A stretch of 64,000 nucleotides of DNA from Chlamydiales bacterium. GTDB lineage: Bacteria > Chlamydiota > Chlamydiia > Chlamydiales > JAAZZY01. The notes under the pieces are model-generated. The model worked only from the letters and a program-made list of their open reading frames with translations, was not told where the DNA came from and made no database searches. The DNA lies in NCBI GenBank assembly GCA_965206695.1, contig CBDBKM010000008.1, positions 125,330 through 189,329 of the forward strand. The letters run 5' to 3'. Both the position numbers and the translations under genes were made by a program. Shown here one piece after another: positions 61,859 to 64,000 of this stretch (its first letter is position 1; each line of letters opens with the position of its first letter).

Positions 61859-63564
61859 TTACATCATACCGGGCATTCCGCCCATGCCACCCATACCGTG
61901 CATTCCGCCCATGCCACCCATACCGGGCATTCCGCCCATGCCACCCATACCGGGCATGTCGCCGCCCATTGGAGGGGCTTGATTTGGTTTAGGCTTATCA
62001 GTAATAATTGCAGCAGTAGTCAACAACAATCCTGCAACTGAAGCCGCGTTAGTAAGAGCATTTTTTGTTACAAAAACAGGATCGATCACTCCGGCCTTAA
62101 CCAGGTCGGTAAATTCATCTATCAAGCCATTGTAACCATAAGCTCCTTCTTTTTCAAAAATTTTCTCAGCAACTAATCGACCTTCTTGCCCACAGTTTCT
62201 TGCTATTGCTGTGGCCGGAGCAAAACAGACTTGCTTCAAAATATTGACACCAATAGCCTCGTCTTTTTCCCAACTTTAGATTATCTAAAGCTTTTACGGC
62301 TCGAATAAGAGCTACCCCTCCACCGGGAACAATACCATCAGCTACAGCAGCTCTTGTAGCATGTAGAGCATCTTCTACTCTTGCCTTTTTCTCTTTTAAT
62401 TCAGTCTCGGTTGCAGCACCTACATGAATGATAGCGACACCACCAACTAGTTTAGCTAAACGTTCTTCTATTTTCTCTCTTTCATAGTCAGAAGTAGATA
62501 ATTCCATTTCTCTTCTTAATTGAACGATGCGCTGTTTGATTTGTTCAGGGTCTCCTGCACCGTCGACTAAAGTAGTTTCTTCTTTACTTACCTTTATCTT
62601 TTTTATCCTACCAAGAACCTCAGGACCGACATCTTTAATGTCTAATCCTACATCTTCTGTTACGAAGGTAGCTCCTGTTAAAATAGCGATATCTTGTAAC
62701 ATCGCCGCACGTCTATCTCCAAATCCGGGAGCTTTGACTGCGCAAATTGGTAAACCGCCTTTTAGTTTATTGACAACTAAAGTAGCTAACGCTTCTCCTT
62801 CAATGTCTTCTGTAATAATTAAAAGAGGATGTTGTTCTTTTTCCATAATCTTTTCTAAAATAGGAACGATTTCCTTAGCTGCAGTCAATTTCTTATCAAG
62901 AATTAAAACATTAGCATTCTCTAACTCTACTATCATATTTTCCGGATTCGTAACAAAATAAGGGAGATATATATCCCTTATCAAACTGCATACCTTCAAC
63001 GACATCTAAAGTTGTTTCAATGCCTTTAGCTTCATCTACAGTAATCGTTCCATCTTTACCGACTTTTTCCATAGCCTGTGCGATGATCGAACCAATATCA
63101 GAATCATTATTAGAAGAGATCGTCGCAATTTGCTTTACTTCTTCAGGTTTACTTATCTTTGTAGCTAAAGAATTAAGAGATGCAATAAGTGTTTTAACAC
63201 CTTTGTCAATACCTCGCTTTAAACTCATAGGATTGGAACCTGCAATCACATTTTTCACACCTAGAGAATAAAGAGCCTCAGCTAATACAATAGCGGTGGT
63301 TGTTCCATCTCCGGCAGTCTCAGAAGTTTTAGAGGCAACTTCTTTCACAAGCTGTGCCCCCATATTTTCAAATTTATCTTTTAAAGTTATTTCCTTAGCT
63401 ACCGTAACCCCATCCTTTGTAGAAAGAGGGCTCCCCAATCCTTTATTAATGACCACGTTACGTCCTTTAGGACCTAAGGTAACCGTTACGGCTCTAGCTA
63501 GGGTTTTAATCCCTTTTTGAATGGATTTTAGGGCATCTGTTCTAAACTTCAGCATTTTCGTCAT
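61859..63564 (-). pseudogene. groEL: Chaperonin GroEL paralog with two +1 frameshifts
   Basis: [34 protein letters not shown] tail; breaks at ~62962 (CCC) and ~62270 (GGG). Confidence 0.9.
61865..61957. repeat. 27-bp tandem repeat encoding the GroEL Gly-Gly-Met tail
   Basis: CATACCGGGCATTCCGCCCATGCCACC, about 3.5 copies. Confidence 0.85.
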
Positions 63565-63591
63565 GTTGCAAACTCCTATTATTTAAATTTA

Positions 63592-63882
63592 TTACTGACC
63601 AACACAAAGGATATCATCTTGTGACATGATCAGATAACCCTCTTCTTCTTTAATTTTTATTTCAGTGCCTGCATAAGAAGAAAAATATATTTTATCTCCT
63701 GTATTAACTTCTAAAGGAATAAGCTTCCCTTTATCATCCATTTTACCGGGTCCTACAGCAATTATTTCTCCTTGCTTAGGCTTTTCCTGAGCAGTTTCCG
63801 GAAGATAAATCTCGCCTTGAGTTTTTACTGCATTTGACCGTTTAACTAATACACGCATACCTAAAGGCTTCACATCAGTCAT
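63592..63882 (-). CDS. groES: Co-chaperonin GroES
   Basis: KPLGMRVLVKR, IYLPETAQEKP, AVGPG, YAGTE. Confidence 0.95.
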   Translation of the reverse strand: MTDVKPLGMRVLVKRSNAVKTQGEIYLPETAQEKPKQGEIIAVGPGKMDDKGKLIPLEVNTGDKIYFSSYAGTEIKIKEEEGYLIMSQDDILCVGQ

Positions 63883-63958
63883 CTTGCATTTCTCCTATAT
63901 TTGTATAAGGTTGTTCTTTAATTTAAATCGTTTGAAAGTATTGGTTTTGCAAGGGGAG

Positions 63959-63988
63959 AATTTAACCCAAAAATGCTATTACTGTCAA
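63959..63988 (-). promoter_or_regulatory. Putative sigma66 promoter of groES-groEL
   Basis: TTGACA-18-TAAATT on the minus strand. Confidence 0.5.
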
Positions 63989-64000
63989 TAGAAGCGCACA

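Noticed and set aside
61865..61957. 27-bp repeats as a CRISPR array
   Set aside because: Tandem with no spacers, and coding; no CRISPR array or cas gene was seen anywhere in the window
61856..62041. His-rich repeat peptide (HSAHATHTG)n as a metal-binding RiPP
   Set aside because: It is the antisense reading of the GroEL GGM-tail repeat
63883..64000. CIRCE/HrcA operator upstream of groES
   Set aside because: No TTAGCACTC-N9-GAGTGCTAA match in the visible sequence; it could lie beyond the window edge

Overview
AT-rich window from an environmental member of the Chlamydiota (inferred from chlamydia-type T3SS translocators, TPR proteins and a chlamydial chaperonin paralog). Left to right: (1) a four-gene T3SS translocon-like operon (two uncharacterised secreted-looking proteins, CopB-like, and CopD-like running off the window edge) under a perfect sigma66/70 promoter, next to an orphan OmpR-family regulator; (2) TPR, EamA and VWA genes interrupted by nested IS630 and tnpB insertions; (3) rsmD, coaD and a MORN-repeat protein; (4) a DUF692 (MNIO) + DUF2063 RiPP-like cluster with lipoprotein-type Cys-rich precursors; (5) a ~25 kb surface-glycan region (rml genes, heptose isomerase and kinase, sugar C-methyltransferase, wbpA/B/E-like genes, glycosyltransferases) riddled with IS630, IS982, IS701, IS200/605 elements and MITEs; (6) eno, ahpC, tRNA-Arg, trkAH and a frameshifted groES-groEL paralog. 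Most notable: the lipoprotein-anchored MNIO precursor system; a TnpA-less tnpB element family whose exact ends (TTGAA target, GAA right end) can be deduced because removing it restores reading frames at both copies; and an apparent excess of CCGG with depletion of CTGG/CCAG that suggests Vsr-type biased repair. All calls are by eye, without database searches.
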